A stretch of 64,000 bases of DNA from Eledone cirrhosa (lineage: Eukaryota): positions 117,738,001 through 117,802,000 of the forward strand of contig OZ024741.1 in assembly GCA_964016885.1 (NCBI GenBank), given 5' to 3'. This document shows positions 48,715-61,693 of the stretch, one piece after another (the stretch's first letter is position 1; each line of letters begins with the position of its first letter). A program made the translations under genes and the position numbers. The notes beneath the pieces were generated by a model. The model was not told the origin of the DNA, did no database searches, and saw only the letters and a program-made list of their open reading frames with translations.

Positions 48715-49140
48715 CTGAAGATTGAACCATTATGGGGACCACTGCGAAACCAACGACAATAAAACAATAAGTAGCTTCTACTGGGATTAAAGAATTTGAA
48801 ACTGGAACGGTCATAGAGACCACTTCGAAACTAATGTCGATAAGAGAATAATTTGCTTCTTGGGAAGCACCTGGGATCAAGGAACCTGGAGACTGAACTG
48901 TTATGGGGACCCTTTGGTACTAACAACAACAAGACCAAAAATTGCTTCTGAGACCACTGTGGGATTAAGGGACCTGGATCTTGAAATATTATGAGGACTA
49001 CCTTGCAACCAATGACAATAGGGCAATAAATTGTTTCTATGGCACTTCTGGAATTGAGTGAGATAGTGTTTGAACCGTTATAGGGACCCACCGGAACTAA
49101 CGATAAGTCACTCCTGGGAGCCCTCTGGTATTAAGGGTGG
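48715..49140. repeat. Degenerate ~85-95-bp tandem repeat, about 5 units
   Basis: Recurring 'tgaac..ttat(g/a)gggacc...aacgac...ttgcttct...tgggattaag'. Confidence 0.7.
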
Positions 49141-49431
49141 GTGTGACAGAAAAACCTCCAATATTTTACACAGTGGCCACTTAAAATATGGGGAGTGTTT
49201 GTGCCGCACCCGGCCGTAGATCCACCACTGACGACAACGGCAACAACAACAGCAACAGCAACAATAACAGTATCAAAAAGGGAAAAGAAAAGAAACTACA
49301 TCGATTTCTTGAATAATCAATTTTAAATAGACAAATGCATTCATTTATGAATTAATTTTTACACATGATAGTCTTCCACTGGAATATATATCTGTGTGGA
49401 ACGGAGAGGTGTATAGATAAAATTGTGTGCA

Positions 49432-49619
49432 TTAAATAGTAACTTTCTTAAACGTCTGCATATCTGGGTTATTTTGATCATGTTCCAATGTTGCGATTTT
49501 CCTTTTCCGACTAATGCAAAGATATATGATAAGAGTAGGTAGAGCTGCAACAATTGTAAGTGCAGACAATAAAGAGACGCTATAGTCATAGTTCAGGTTA
49601 TTATATTCAGTCAGCAAAT
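49432..49619 (-). CDS. SLC16/MCT-like transporter, last coding exon (TM12 + stop)
   Basis: Acceptor tttatttcag at 49620-49621; phase 1 matches the previous exon; hydrophobic helix then TAA. Confidence 0.75.
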
Positions 49620-49989
49620 CTGAAATAAATAAATAAATAAATGGTAGAAATTTCTGGTAAACTTTTATAATTTTTTTTTTTTTTCCTGGTTAATTACAGC
49701 AATAGGCGGCGAATTGACAGAGTCGTTGGAACGTCGGATAGAATGTTTTATGGCATTCGTTCTGGCTGAGGAGGTCACAGAATGTGTGGCGAAAAAGCCT
49801 TGACAATATATCAACAACCTTTCGGTTATCGAACCAACCAACCAACTGCAAATTTATAATAAATTGAAGTAAAAACCAACAGGTGTGTGTGTGTGTTTTT
49901 ATTAGCAACATGACCCTCCCAGAGTATAACAATATCTGTTTCAACACAGGTTTTCAGATAAGAAATCTTGCAAAACAAATCCAAAAACG

Positions 49990-50060
<71 letters not shown>

Positions 50061-50294
50061 CAGTCGATCGACTTTCGTCAAATCGGAACGAGGAAACAAT
50101 GTTTTCGTTGGTCTTTCCAATTGTTAATACTATCTCTCGGTTGCAACTAGGTAGAAGGAGCAACGTGAAATAAAGTGTCTTGCTCAAGGACATAACGCAT
50201 CGCTCGGTCGAGGTATCGAACTCACAACCTGACGATTGCGAATCCAATTCTGTAACCACTCAGTTACGCGCCTTCACACACACATATATATATA

Positions 50295-50916
50295 CTAGCC
50301 GAATTACCCGCGCCTTGCTGCATTTCATACATTTTTTTTGTAAGAAAATTATGATTTTAAATCGGTGATATGATTTATGGAGAAAAACTTTGTATTTCAA
50401 AATTACTCAATGTAAAATGTAATGCATGAAAAATTGGAAAACATTATTTTTTGTAATATATCAAATCAAAATTACATTATTAAATCTTATTCTTATTTTG
50501 TTTCTTGTAAATAATTTTTTTCAAAATATCAATTCAAAACTTGATCATTTCATTTTTGTGTAAAGCATTATTTTATTTGGGCTTCCAAAATTTTCACTAT
50601 AGAGGGTTTAACCCCCATTAGGGTGCCTTAATATTATTGAAATTTGCTGAAATTTTGTGAATAGGCATCATATCTTGTCATTTACTTATGGTTTAAATTT
50701 CATATAAATCGAAGGGAAAACATTTTCAGTGGGAGTTTGTGCCCCCGGAGAACCCTTTGATTAAAATGAAATATACTTATCCAAGTACTCTGGGCAATGT
50801 AGTTTCAGAATATATATGGTTATGGGGGTCTATCTCCAAAACGATAGGAGGAGTTCGTGAACAAACAAATAAATAGACAGGAACTACAACTTTATATATA
50901 AATATATATATATAGA
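50295..50916 (-). mobile_element. Non-autonomous Helitron-like element
   Basis: Ends in CTAG with adjacent GC-rich motif (ctagccgaattacccgcgc); opposite end has the same layout as 1588-2201. Confidence 0.55.
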
Positions 50917-51118
50917 GAGAGAAATTTTGAGTATATGTATGATATATGTATGATATATGTATGATATATGTATGATATATATATAAATTTTGAGTATATG
51001 TATGATTCCAGTTCCTCAGAGAAATAACAACACAACCAGGAGTTGGAAATATCGATGTATTGACGGAGTAAAACACACTTCAACAACATGTGTACCTGTC
51101 TTTCCCACACCAATTCGG

Positions 51119-51173
51119 ACTGCCTGAAGAGGTCACAGCCAATTATGGCTGTCACCGAAATATATATAGCAGT
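51119..51173 (+). ncRNA. Minimal type I hammerhead ribozyme
   Basis: ACTGC-CTGAAGA-GGTcACAGCC(aattat)GGCTGTcACC-GAAA-TATAT-ATA-GCAGT: intact core, perfect 5-bp stem I, long stem II, palindromic stem III. Confidence 0.85.
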
Positions 51174-51547
51174 ATAATTTATAATTAACGAAGCCAAATT
51201 TTACATATTTGACTTAATTATTTTATATATATATATATATATATATTAGTAAAATGGAAAAGAAAATGCTGACAAATTTTTCCCAGTGAAAAATAGTTTA
51301 ATTAGGAATAAGTATAAATTAGTAATAAGTATTAGTTAGTATTCAGTTTTAGTTTTAAGCTTTTACCGGTTGCGCATTTCTTATGCTTTTCAAAAATAAT
51401 TTTGAGATAGAGTGCTCGTGATTTTTGCTCTAATCTGTGTATATATATTTTTTTGCTTTAATCTCTCTCTATATATAAGCAGCGATTCTTTGCTTAAACT
51501 TTAATCTGTTATTTTAATAAATATATATATATATATATATTTCATAT

Positions 51548-51575
51548 GTCATTTGTGTTTCATACTCGCTTTATA

Positions 51576-51632
<57 letters not shown>

Positions 51633-53082
51633 GGAGGAAGTTATAGTTCACTTGAAGCATTGTGTAATGAGGTATAAACATTTGTATTTGTAAAGCCAAA
51701 ACAATGCAGGTATGGATATAGAATATAAATGCAAATGCAAAAGATGTTGACAATTAGTCTTTTACCTTAGATTTATTTAAATGTCCTTAATTTTCGAGAT
51801 AATATCTCTTCTTCCGAGGGAAGTAAAGTTTTTAAACCAGCGTTCTAAATAGCTTGCCAAGTCATGCTGACAGGAAATGGTATAGAGAATCTGTTCTATC
51901 TCTAATGTCAAAGAGTGAAGGTTAGGTGGATAAAGAGTAGTCTCCCTTTAAAAGGGGTTTTGTACATGTATGTTTAAGTGAGTGGGAGAATACGTGAAGG
52001 TGTAAGTATGTGTGTGTGTGAGTGTGAGTGTGAGAAGATATGTCTATACGTGAATGTGGGGGATAGAGGCTCTATCGTGTTAAAACTGGTCTTTGTGTGT
52101 GTATGAGAGAGAATAAGTGGAGGTGTAAGCGTATGTGTGTGTTGTGCGTGTGCATGTGTGAGTGTGTGTGCGTGTGTATGAGGGGGGTGTAAGTATGGGG
52201 CTAGGTGCTCTATCAAGTTATAAATTGGGTGTTGAGTTCTAGTCTATTATTGAGTGGTGGTTGTGTTTTGTCTATAATCAGTGCTTCCTTAATTCTAAGA
52301 TTGCCGAGGTTTCTTTCCTTAGTTTCTATCCTAACTGTTCTCAAAGAACACCTCAATACTAACGTTTCCTCATTTAAGAAACACCTAGTGAAATGCAAAA
52401 ACACCGACAAAAACATAACAGTTAGGATAGAAACTAAGGAAAGAAACCTCGGCAATCTTAGAATTAAGGAAGCACTGATTATAGACAAAACACAACCACC
52501 AATCAATAATAGACTAGAACTCAACACCCAATGTATAACTTGATAGAGCACCTAGCCCCATATTTACACCACCACCCCTCTCACACACACTCACACGCAC
52601 TCACACACGTACACACACGCTTACACCTCCACTTATTGTCTCTCACACACACACATACACACACAAAGACCAGTTTTAATACGATAGAGCATCTATCCCC
52701 CACATTCACGTATAGACATATCTTCTCACACTCACACACACACACACACATACTTACACCTTCACGCATTCTCTCACACACTTAAACATACATGTACAAA
52801 ACCCCTTTTAAAGGGAGACTACTCTTTATCCACCTAACCTTCACTCTTTGACATTAGAGATAGAACAGATTCTCTATACCATTTCCTGTCAGCATGACTT
52901 GGCAAGCTATTTAGAACGCTGGTTTAACAACTTTACTTCCCTCGTAAGAAGAGATATTATCTCGAAAATTAAGGATATTTAAATAAATTTAAGGTAAAAG
53001 ACTAATTGTCAACAACATCTTTTGCATTTGCATTTATATTCTATATCCATACCTGCATTGTTTTGGCTTTACAAATACAAAC

Positions 53083-53129
<47 letters not shown>

Positions 53130-53151
53130 AGCGAGTATGAAATACAAATGA
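51548..53151. mobile_element. Penelope-like element remnant forming a ~1.6-kb palindrome around a GIY-YIG C-terminal fragment
   Basis: Arms end at 52339 and restart at 52417; centre encodes LKEHLN..SSFKKHL..C....LRIKEALII....P.IN. Confidence 0.75.
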
Positions 53152-53235
53152 AGTAGGAATGTAATATTGTTAGATTCAATGTGTGCGATTAATCCGGGTT
53201 GCGTCGGGACTTCGTAATGTGCAGCTCAAGTTGTA

Positions 53236-53378
53236 TGGTACAGACTGTGTTGTATAAACTGTGGTACATGTGTTGTATGAACTGTGGTACATGTGTTGTA
53301 TGAACTGTCGTACATGTTGTGCTGTATAAACTGTGGTACAGACTGTGTTGTATAAAGTGTGGTACATGTTATGTACCA
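53236..53378. repeat. ~23-bp minisatellite (gtgttgtatRaactgtggtacat), 5-6 units
   Basis: Direct reading. Confidence 0.85.
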
Positions 53379-53535
53379 TAGTTGACCTCGGCGAGATTTG
53401 AACTCCGTGAGCAGAGAGCCGGAACGAATACTATAAAGCATTCTATCCCACGTTCCAACGACTCTGCCAATTCGCTGCCTTACAAATATATAACCATTTG
53501 TTAAAATTTCAAATAAAAAAATTACGGATACTTAC

Positions 53536-54513
53536 TGAGTAAATAACCGAGTAATATGATACCAATACCAGCAAACGTTTCACTGACACCCAACGCCTGT
53601 GGGTAGTCGTTTATATCAACAAGATCCAAGAAGACTACAGAATATTGAGAATAACTTAGTCCATTGGTTAACATAAAAAAGAACGATGTCAGTGTAATAA
53701 ACGTCAATGAATTTACGACAGTAAAGACTGCCATTACAGCGCCACTCATGATGATCGCTGTTGAGATTATAGTCACACTTGAGAACATTTTCGAATGAAG
53801 AAGCCAGGAACCGAGAAGTCGTGCTGTAGTGTCACCTGTAGAAGATATTGCACTGTTCCAAGCGCCATCAGAGAGTGACAGTCCATGTTGGATACAAAAA
53901 TCAGGCAGAAATGTCACCATAACTTGTGATGTAGAAAGAAATAAGACCACTGTTACTAAACATGACAAATACATTTTATTTTTCAGTAGCCTTTTCCAGC
54001 TTTTCAAATTTTCACCCCTCTTTTTCTTGGGCTTCTCTTCTGCAATTTGGCACTCGTCGATTGCTATATGTGTTTGTTTATCAGGTGTAGGATCATTGTC
54101 ACAATTGTTAACTTCACCCGATTCCGTATTTTCAAACGTTTTATTTTCAAAAGTTTTATCTGCTAAATGTTCATGGTTTGTAACTGACTTTGTATTGTCT
54201 CGGGAAAACGAAGATGTTCGTATTGCAGTTCTGACAGGTTCATTAGACGTTGTATGAGGACAGGAACGCTTGGTACGCGGTTTCATGCTGTATATCAGTC
54301 CAAACGGAATACAATGCATTTCAATGCCACAAAGAAGGAGCAAACTATTCCGCCATTGGTAAATTTTAATGAAGTATGAAATCACCGGAAAAGCAACAAG
54401 AAAACAAACTCCTTCTCCAGCGCTCACCAAAGCCACTAACTGGCGACCAGCATTTGGAAAGTATGTAAACAGGGCCACGTTCACAGAGAAGTATACAAAT
54501 GAACAACCTTTAC
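53536..54513 (-). CDS. SLC16/MCT-like transporter, large internal exon (TM4 end to TM11, with cytoplasmic loop)
   Basis: Acceptor ttacttgtag, donor A|gtaagt; ORF 53522-54484 with YF..R..A, Y.WR..LL..G, FLP, D..AR, Y.QALG; 978 nt, phase 1/1. Confidence 0.88.
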
Positions 54514-54928
54514 CTACAAGTAAATAAAAAAATAAACGTTAATATGTAAGGTAGATAATTCACTCTAAACGAAGATAAATTCATTGCACCATAATTTACT
54601 TTTATATCGCCTTTGGTGAACAATGGTGTCGTCCTTAGTTACAGGTTTCCGGTGACCAAGTAATTGGTCCATTGTATCTCTAGCGACGACAGTGACAAAG
54701 GAGTATTAGTAACCTGCGGCAAAGTACATATCCTAATGAACTTCGTTGGTTATATGTTTTTAGCAGCCTATTCTAAGTCATGCGTCTTCGTGACTACATT
54801 TCATGTGTCACTCCTCACTCAACTAATAAGGTAACACCAGGTAACTCGAAGCTATTTTTAGGAGATGGTGTTGGTCTTGGTGCAGGGTTAATCAAAAGAA
54901 GCCCATGCATGCACACACACCACTCACA

Positions 54929-55003
<75 letters not shown>

Positions 55004-55066
55004 ATGTAAGATAGTAATATGGACGTAAACAAGAGAAGAAACCCTTCATCAGCTGCGATCATAGTA

Positions 55067-55257
55067 TTTTCGTTATACATATATTTCGAAGATGTAAGGC
55101 AGTTATATAATAACTACCTTACATCTCTTCAGAGATGTTAACAATACGTCGGACTAGTAGCATATCAATGGAAAATTACATCTCGTTTGTCTGAAGAGAA
55201 CACGTAAGGTTGTTGTTATATAACTACCTTACATCTTCAAAATACATATAACGAAAA
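55067..55257. ncRNA. Inverted pair of degenerate hammerhead-like motifs (Penelope pLTR-type relic)
   Basis: CTGAAGA, long hairpin, (G/A)AAA-TA-rich stem III on both strands; each copy has core or stem lesions. Confidence 0.5.
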
Positions 55258-55415
55258 TAAAGATGTATGAATAAAACCGCCTCTCTTTATTATACTAAAA
55301 TTCCGGACGTTAACTTTACGGAGAAAATCCTAAGGAACAAACATCGTGGAGTGCTTCACGTCTGCTTAAGAATAAGTCGGCAGATTTTGATCAACCAACT
55401 TTCTTCAACTGAATA

Positions 55416-55532
<117 letters not shown>

Positions 55533-55922
55533 CGTGCGCGCGTGCGTGTGTATGCGCGCGCGTGTGTACAGGGTATTAATAACCACCATTCCGGAAATGT
55601 ATGCATTCAAAACTGTTTTGTTGGTTTTTTTCAGAATACACAATATATATATTCAGAATACAGTAGCAATGAATTGTATTGTCTTAGTTATCTAATAAAT
55701 ACTTGTAGAATGCTACTTGCGTGTTAATGTCACGAACTGGCTGTGCCATTGTTCAAACAACTGAAACACTTGTTGGAACTGACAGAGGTCCAACACACTG
55801 CCATGTGTAATAAACTCATTGAACTCGCTTTCTGTTTTAATGTTTCATCAATGTAACATTTTTAAAAGGAAAACTGTTTGATATGTATATGTGTATCTCT
55901 CTCCTCTCTCTCTCTCTCTATA

Positions 55923-55956
<34 letters not shown>

Positions 55957-56062
55957 TCTTATTATATATTTTTATTATATATTTTTGCAAGACTTTAGTG
56001 TATGTACACTCTCCATATTCTTCGGAGCTTCCGGCTTGTATCTGCCGATATTACTTCTTGTT

Positions 56063-56119
56063 GTTTTAATTGCCCTGATGAGTCCTTAATAGGACGAAAC
56101 ATTGTCAGCTAATAAAAAC
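56063..56119 (+). ncRNA. Minimal type I hammerhead ribozyme
   Basis: CTGATGA (56075)-GTCCT taat AGGAC-GAAA-C att GTC (cleavage after 56106); imperfect stem I gttttaattgcc/agctaataaaaac. Confidence 0.8.
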
Positions 56120-56154
56120 TTTTGATGTATTAAAGGCTTCTTTGTTTTACTCTC

Positions 56155-56255
<101 letters not shown>

Positions 56256-56287
56256 CGCTCTACATGGCTGAATACAATAAATGTAAT

Positions 56288-56741
56288 AAACAGGCCTCAA
56301 TTTTATAGCCATGTCAGTAGAATGAACCCGTCATCAGCACAGCTCACTGTTCACCTGCCATCTGTCAGAGTTAGTGAAAATATATGCTATTTTCTAGAAT
56401 ATACAGTGACTGATCGGCCTGATTTGCACATTAGCAGACTGGCTGATCAGTCAGATCTGCGTATTAGCAAATCCACTGATCAGCCAGATCTGCATATTAG
56501 CAGACTGGCCAGTCAGTTTCCTGCTAATATGAAGGTCTGACTGATCAGCCAGTCTGCTAACATGCAAATCAGGCCGATCAGTCACTGTGTATTTTTGAAA
56601 ATAGCATATATTTTCACTAGCTCTGACAGGTTGGCAGGTGAACAATGAGCTGTGCTGCCTGCAGTTCTGTTCGCATGCCAACACAAGAGCAAGAATGAAG
56701 GGTTCATTCTACTGACATGGCTATAAAATTGAGGCGTGTTT
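56288..56741. mobile_element. Foldback/MITE-like element with ~180-bp inverted arms and internal ~33-bp repeats
   Basis: aaacaggcctcaattttatagccatgtcagtagaatgaaccc ... gggttcattctactgacatggctataaaattgaggcgtgttt. Confidence 0.8.
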
Positions 56742-56863
56742 GTATAATTGCAAACGAATCGAATGTTATTATTAATATTCGAAAAACTCAGATTACATTT
56801 ATTATATATATATATATATATATTGTTATATATAAAAAACCTCGCAAAACTAATTCATCGCCG

Positions 56864-56900
<37 letters not shown>

Positions 56901-58061
56901 AATGGAAGTTTAGTAAAATCGAAGTTTGGTGGTTTACCACTGGATAGAATTGGTTGTTCTGCAATGTTAATCATGACGTAATATGAGAAAAGCACTCGAC
57001 GTTATGCAACTCATCTATCTTTGATGTTGAATCATGTTGGTGGTGCGGGAACGAAGTCAAATGTATTATAAAGTAAAATGACAGGAGGCCAAATATGTTG
57101 AATTTCCTTAATTATTTATCCCTGCAAACACTATGCACATTTCAGTGGCCAGGTTGCGTAAGAACCTGGTGACATTTTCAGGTGTAAATTACGTAATAGA
57201 TGTATACCAACGGAATTATGGTAAACTTTAAGGAAACAAAGAAAGAAAAAACAGAGAAGAAGAAAAAATATGTTTATGTTTTTGACCCAGAGACGAACGA
57301 AGCAGCATGTTGTTATAATGGCCCGTCGTCTCTGGGTGAATTATATTTAACAGATCCTTCCTCTTAGTTTGCTAAGCGGGTAGGGGAACGTATAGCCTAC
57401 TGGGCGAATCACTATTACTTCTCAATTCTAACAACCTTCGGGCAGCAGGCCAGAGAAGTGGGAGGGATGAAGAATATCGTGTTACAGAGAATGGTAATCT
57501 GCTTGGGTCAAGCTAAGTTCTATTCACTCTATACAACAGACGGGACGAATTTAAGAACATATCAAGTAGAGAAAATTTCAGAGCTTAAAAGAAAAGAAAT
57601 TACAGTTTAAAATTGTTTAGAAGTTAAAGTTAGGGTTAATTTTAGGAATTGAAAATTGAAATTGAATGTTTAAAAATGTTTAATTAAATAAGTAGAGTCC
57701 GCACAGTTGGCTGGTGAAGTACCGTACGCTAGGCAATCACCATTTAGAAAGACCAGTTAAATCACTCATTCCAATTATAGAGTTGTGTAAATCAGGGACC
57801 TAATAAACAAATAACATATTGTTAGTTAAGCTAAGCTAAGTCACTATCCGCTTTGGGTTCCTCTCGTAGTTCAATGTTATATTATACTATATAAGTAGTA
57901 TAGTATGGCGGCTAACAACAACTGAAGATGGCGAACCCCCAATACACACAGGGCCAAACGGTCCACCGACCGTTCCGAGTATTACGGTATACCGTAACTT
58001 CACTATTTTAAAGTTTTACTTTTTCTTTAGCTCTGTTCTTTATTTGTTTATCTGCTACACC

Positions 58062-58739
58062 TATAACGGCGGCGAAGTTTCGAAACCGAATCTGAGCTTT
58101 CCCGCCTCTGGGACAAGTCGTGGTTAGTTGTTTACGCCCGGCAGACCAACCCCTTGGGAGATGCTAACCACAGGTCAGAGGTTGTTTACACCTGGCAGAA
58201 AAGATGTCAGAGGATATATCTATCCTTCTAACGTCAACCCTTATAAATACAAGGGTTGTTTGCGCCCGGCAGAAAAAGTGAGACTACAGACAAGACAGAT
58301 CGCATTTAGACGCTCTCGTCACGAAAAAACCAGTCTGCCCACTAATTTCTCACACGCCATTGCCGCCTGGCTGATTGAATCCTACTACTGCTAAGACAAG
58401 AAAGCATACTAATACGCACACACGCACACATAGTAAGTTCACACTGTTTGCATTTTACACGCACCAATTCTGTCTGTCATATTGTATCTTTCAGATACAA
58501 TACAAATTATATTATAATCGTATTCTGTGATACTTGCATTTACGTGGCTCGTAGAGCCACCAACTCATTGTACGAATATTTCATGTTATAGATTTTATCA
58601 TTCAATGTTCAACTTGAATATTGTTATAATAAAATAAACATTGTATCAACACAATCCTGGTATTATTCTTTGCATTGCAACCATCATACCAACAATTCCA
58701 TCTATTCACTTATCCGTTACAACTGGATTATTCGTTACA
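58062..58739 (+). mobile_element. Solo LTR (gypsy-like, 4-bp TSD)
   Basis: Termini TaTAACG...CGTTACA, TSD CACC at 58058-58061 and 58740-58743, internal TATAAAT and AATAAA. Confidence 0.7.
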
Positions 58740-58817
58740 CACCTAATTTGTTATTTTGTATTCCTATCTTATATTTTGTACTTTTTTTTTTTTTTTTTTT
58801 TAAATTTTATTTAGCAA

Positions 58818-59766
58818 ATGAAAAGACATGCTGAAATCCTCGCCTTAAATGCAGAGCATAGTGATTTAGAGATCATTCCCTTCCTGAATGTTGCATGGTT
58901 GTTTGTTGTCAAAATTTGCAAAGAGCTACTATAAGGGATTCTACAGCAGTGGCCGAACTTAAAATGCCTGCAAAGTGTCAAAATGCAATCAGAACACCTA
59001 CATTTGTGCGAAAGGATAAGAACCCCAGAAAGTCAATTAATGCCATTACTAAGGAGCTCAATGTTTCAAGGCACACTATCGGAAAATCGTGCATGAAAAC
59101 CAAGTCATATGTGATGCGAAGAGGCCGATTCATGTCTGCAAAGCCCTTGTTGAGCAAGTTGAAACATCAAGCGCCTGGAATGCTTTGGTTTTTCTCTGAT
59201 CAAGACCAAATTATCAACCGAAGGAATGACATATTGTTATGTAGCGACCCTAATGACGTTTCAACAGTTATGTATACAACATTTCCAGCAACTGTGATGG
59301 TTCTAAGAGTTGTGTGCAGCGAGAGAGGTGTCATGTCTCCTCACGTCTTTCCTCGGGGCTTAATGGTCAATGCTGCTGACTATAAAGAGGTGTTGGAGGG
59401 GGTTGTGAGGCCTTTGATAGAGAGCGTAAGCAAAGGAAGACCGTACACCTACCAATAAGACTGCACCATCTCATAAGGCCAAGACGACCCAAGAATGGAT
59501 GAGTTACAATCTCCATTATCACGATCACGTCACCCCCAAACATATGGCCTCCTAGCTTACCAGACTTGAATCTGTTAGACTACTATGTATGGAACGTAGT
59601 CGAGAGGACAGTTAATCAAGGCCCCCATAACACTATAAAATCTCTGAAGTCCGCCATAACCAGCACAATGCCCAAAATAAATAAAGAGTATTTGATTCAG
59701 ACATGTCAACGTTTCAGATCTCGTATTGAAGCAGTCATCGACACCAAAAGCGGATTCATTGAGTAG
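58818..59766 (+). pseudogene. Decayed Tc1/mariner-superfamily (DDxD, maT-like) transposase
   Basis: HTH-like SINAITKELNVSRHTI, WFFSD, TVMV, D.APSH, WPPSLPDLNLLDYYVW, FRSRIEAVI..KSGFIE; stops and frameshifts. Confidence 0.85.
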
Positions 59767-60739
59767 ATGTGTCACGAAGAGTCTCAAAATTATTCATGCC
59801 TATTGTTTCTTAAATAAAGCTCTTTTTTCATGATTTGTGCGTCTTTTACTAAATCCATGTAACGGCGCAACCATGTATTTAAATTTAAACGAAATACCCG
59901 TTCAAACAAAATTTTTTTTTTAAGCTGTACCACAGAATTATTATTTTTTATGGAAAGGTTTTTTTAATGGTGTGTGTGTCTGTGGGTATATCAGAGACAA
60001 TATGATGTCGGTTATAATGCTTTGCAGCATTCGTTCCACCTCTGCACTCTGAGCTCAAATCACGGTGAGGTCAATTTTGACTTTTGTCCTTCTGAGATCG
60101 ATAAATAAAGAACCAATCCAGTACTGGCATCCATTCTTCCACTCACTCCCTCTCTCTCTCCCTCTCCCTCTCTCTGGAAGAATTCAGCTGTGTTCAGGCC
60201 TGGAGAGGGATGAGTTCCGTTTGGTTGTGCCCACGATACCATCACAAGTTTAAAGTAACGGACAACTGTAGTGATATTATTGGAAATACTTTACATACAA
60301 ATGCTTGTTGTGTCTAATACCTCTGGATTAGTAACATAACGCATCATTCTCACATTTGGTTCAGCTCACTATATTGTCAATGGATGTATATACTTCTCTG
60401 CAAGTATTACTGGAACGGTCCTCCGTCGGTTTTGACTGTGGATATTCCGGTTGTTTGATCAATGGAACAGCCTACTCATGAAAATAACGTATAAGTAAAT
60501 GAACATTCCATACGTATGTGTGCCATTAACATAATTCTCAGGTACATTCAATGTGACACAGTGACAAGGCAAGTGAATTACCGGTACAGCCTATTCGACA
60601 GGCTTCTAAATAGTTTCTATCTACCCACTTTTACTCACATGGCGCGGGTCGGCCCGAGGCTATGATAAAACGATATTTACTAAGGATGCCACACAGTTTA
60701 ATAAAACCCAAGACCTAATGATTGCTGAACGAACTTCTT

Positions 60740-61320
60740 AAACATTCAGTCATGCTACGTTTGGTCAACAAGCCGCACGGATGAGCAGAAAGCTTAAAGT
60801 ATTGCAACAGTGGTGGCTGTTCTCTTGCATGACTCAGAAGCATGGAGTATAACGGACCAACTAGAAAAGAGAACTGACGGCTGTTATACAAAAGTGCTAT
60901 GTATGGCACTTAATATTTCGTAGAAACAGAAACGCATCAGCAGAGAATCAAGTGAGCAGCTTCCACCAGTAACGGAACACACAAGAGAGAAAAGAATGAA
61001 GCTTGAAGTCGTTATGTTCAGATAGACACACAAAAAGGAGAAGTTTCTACTAGAGACACAAGGCCAGCAATTTGGGGGAGGGGAAAGTCGATTAAATAAA
61101 CTACAGTGCACTACTGGTACTATATTTTTATCGACCCCGTAAGGTGAAAAGCAAAGCTAACCTCGGCGGGATTTGAATTCAGAATGTAAAGGGCCATACT
61201 GATAACCTGCTGGAAAATACTGGAGTGGATAGTGTAGGAGAAGTCAGAACGCTGATGATCGATAGAGAGCTTTAGAGGGCGCGTGTAAAAACAGATAGGT
61301 GACCTGGTAGTCGGCATCAA
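60740..61320 (+). mobile_element. Old RTE-like LINE 3' fragment interrupted by a SINE
   Basis: VLLHDSEAWSI...DGCYTKVL.MALNIS and DNLLENTG...LMIDRE. Confidence 0.55.
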
Positions 61321-61402
61321 TAAATAAATCCACTACGAATAAAGTAATTTTTACATCAACTGTCTTGATTATCATTATATGGAATAAGAACAACTACTTC
61401 AC

Positions 61403-61546
61403 CTGTTAGAATACCAAGAGAAAACATCAAAAACTGGAGATTTGGTGCAATGACTGATACACCAAGGCCAACGATCACCTCCATAATTCCCACCATCGCA
61501 GTTGCTCGAACACCAAACCTGTTTACAAACATTCCAGTTACTAGAC
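61403..61546 (-). CDS. SLC16/MCT-like transporter exon (TM2-TM4)
   Basis: Acceptor cattgacag, donor G|gtgaag; 144 nt; MFS motif A-like G.FVNRFG.R and FSLGILTG. Confidence 0.85.
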
Positions 61547-61604
61547 CTGTCAATGAAAATTTGTTTTGTTCAGCAATATATATATATATATATTGTTATA
61601 CTTG

Positions 61605-61693
<89 letters not shown>

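Noticed and set aside
48715-49140. CRISPR-like appearance of repeat blocks (also 41806-41877, 53236-53378)
   Set aside because: Units are contiguous or degenerate tandem repeats without unique spacers; eukaryotic context; no cas genes
55575-55640. ~60-bp similarity to 62600-62660, suggesting a duplicated exon
   Set aside because: The match is intronic and is not followed by coding similarity
57283-58000. Small hairpin (acccagagacga/tcgtctctgggt) and YY1-like ATGGCG motifs; possible mariner left TIR
   Set aside because: No matching right TIR or TSD could be identified; evidence too weak for a call
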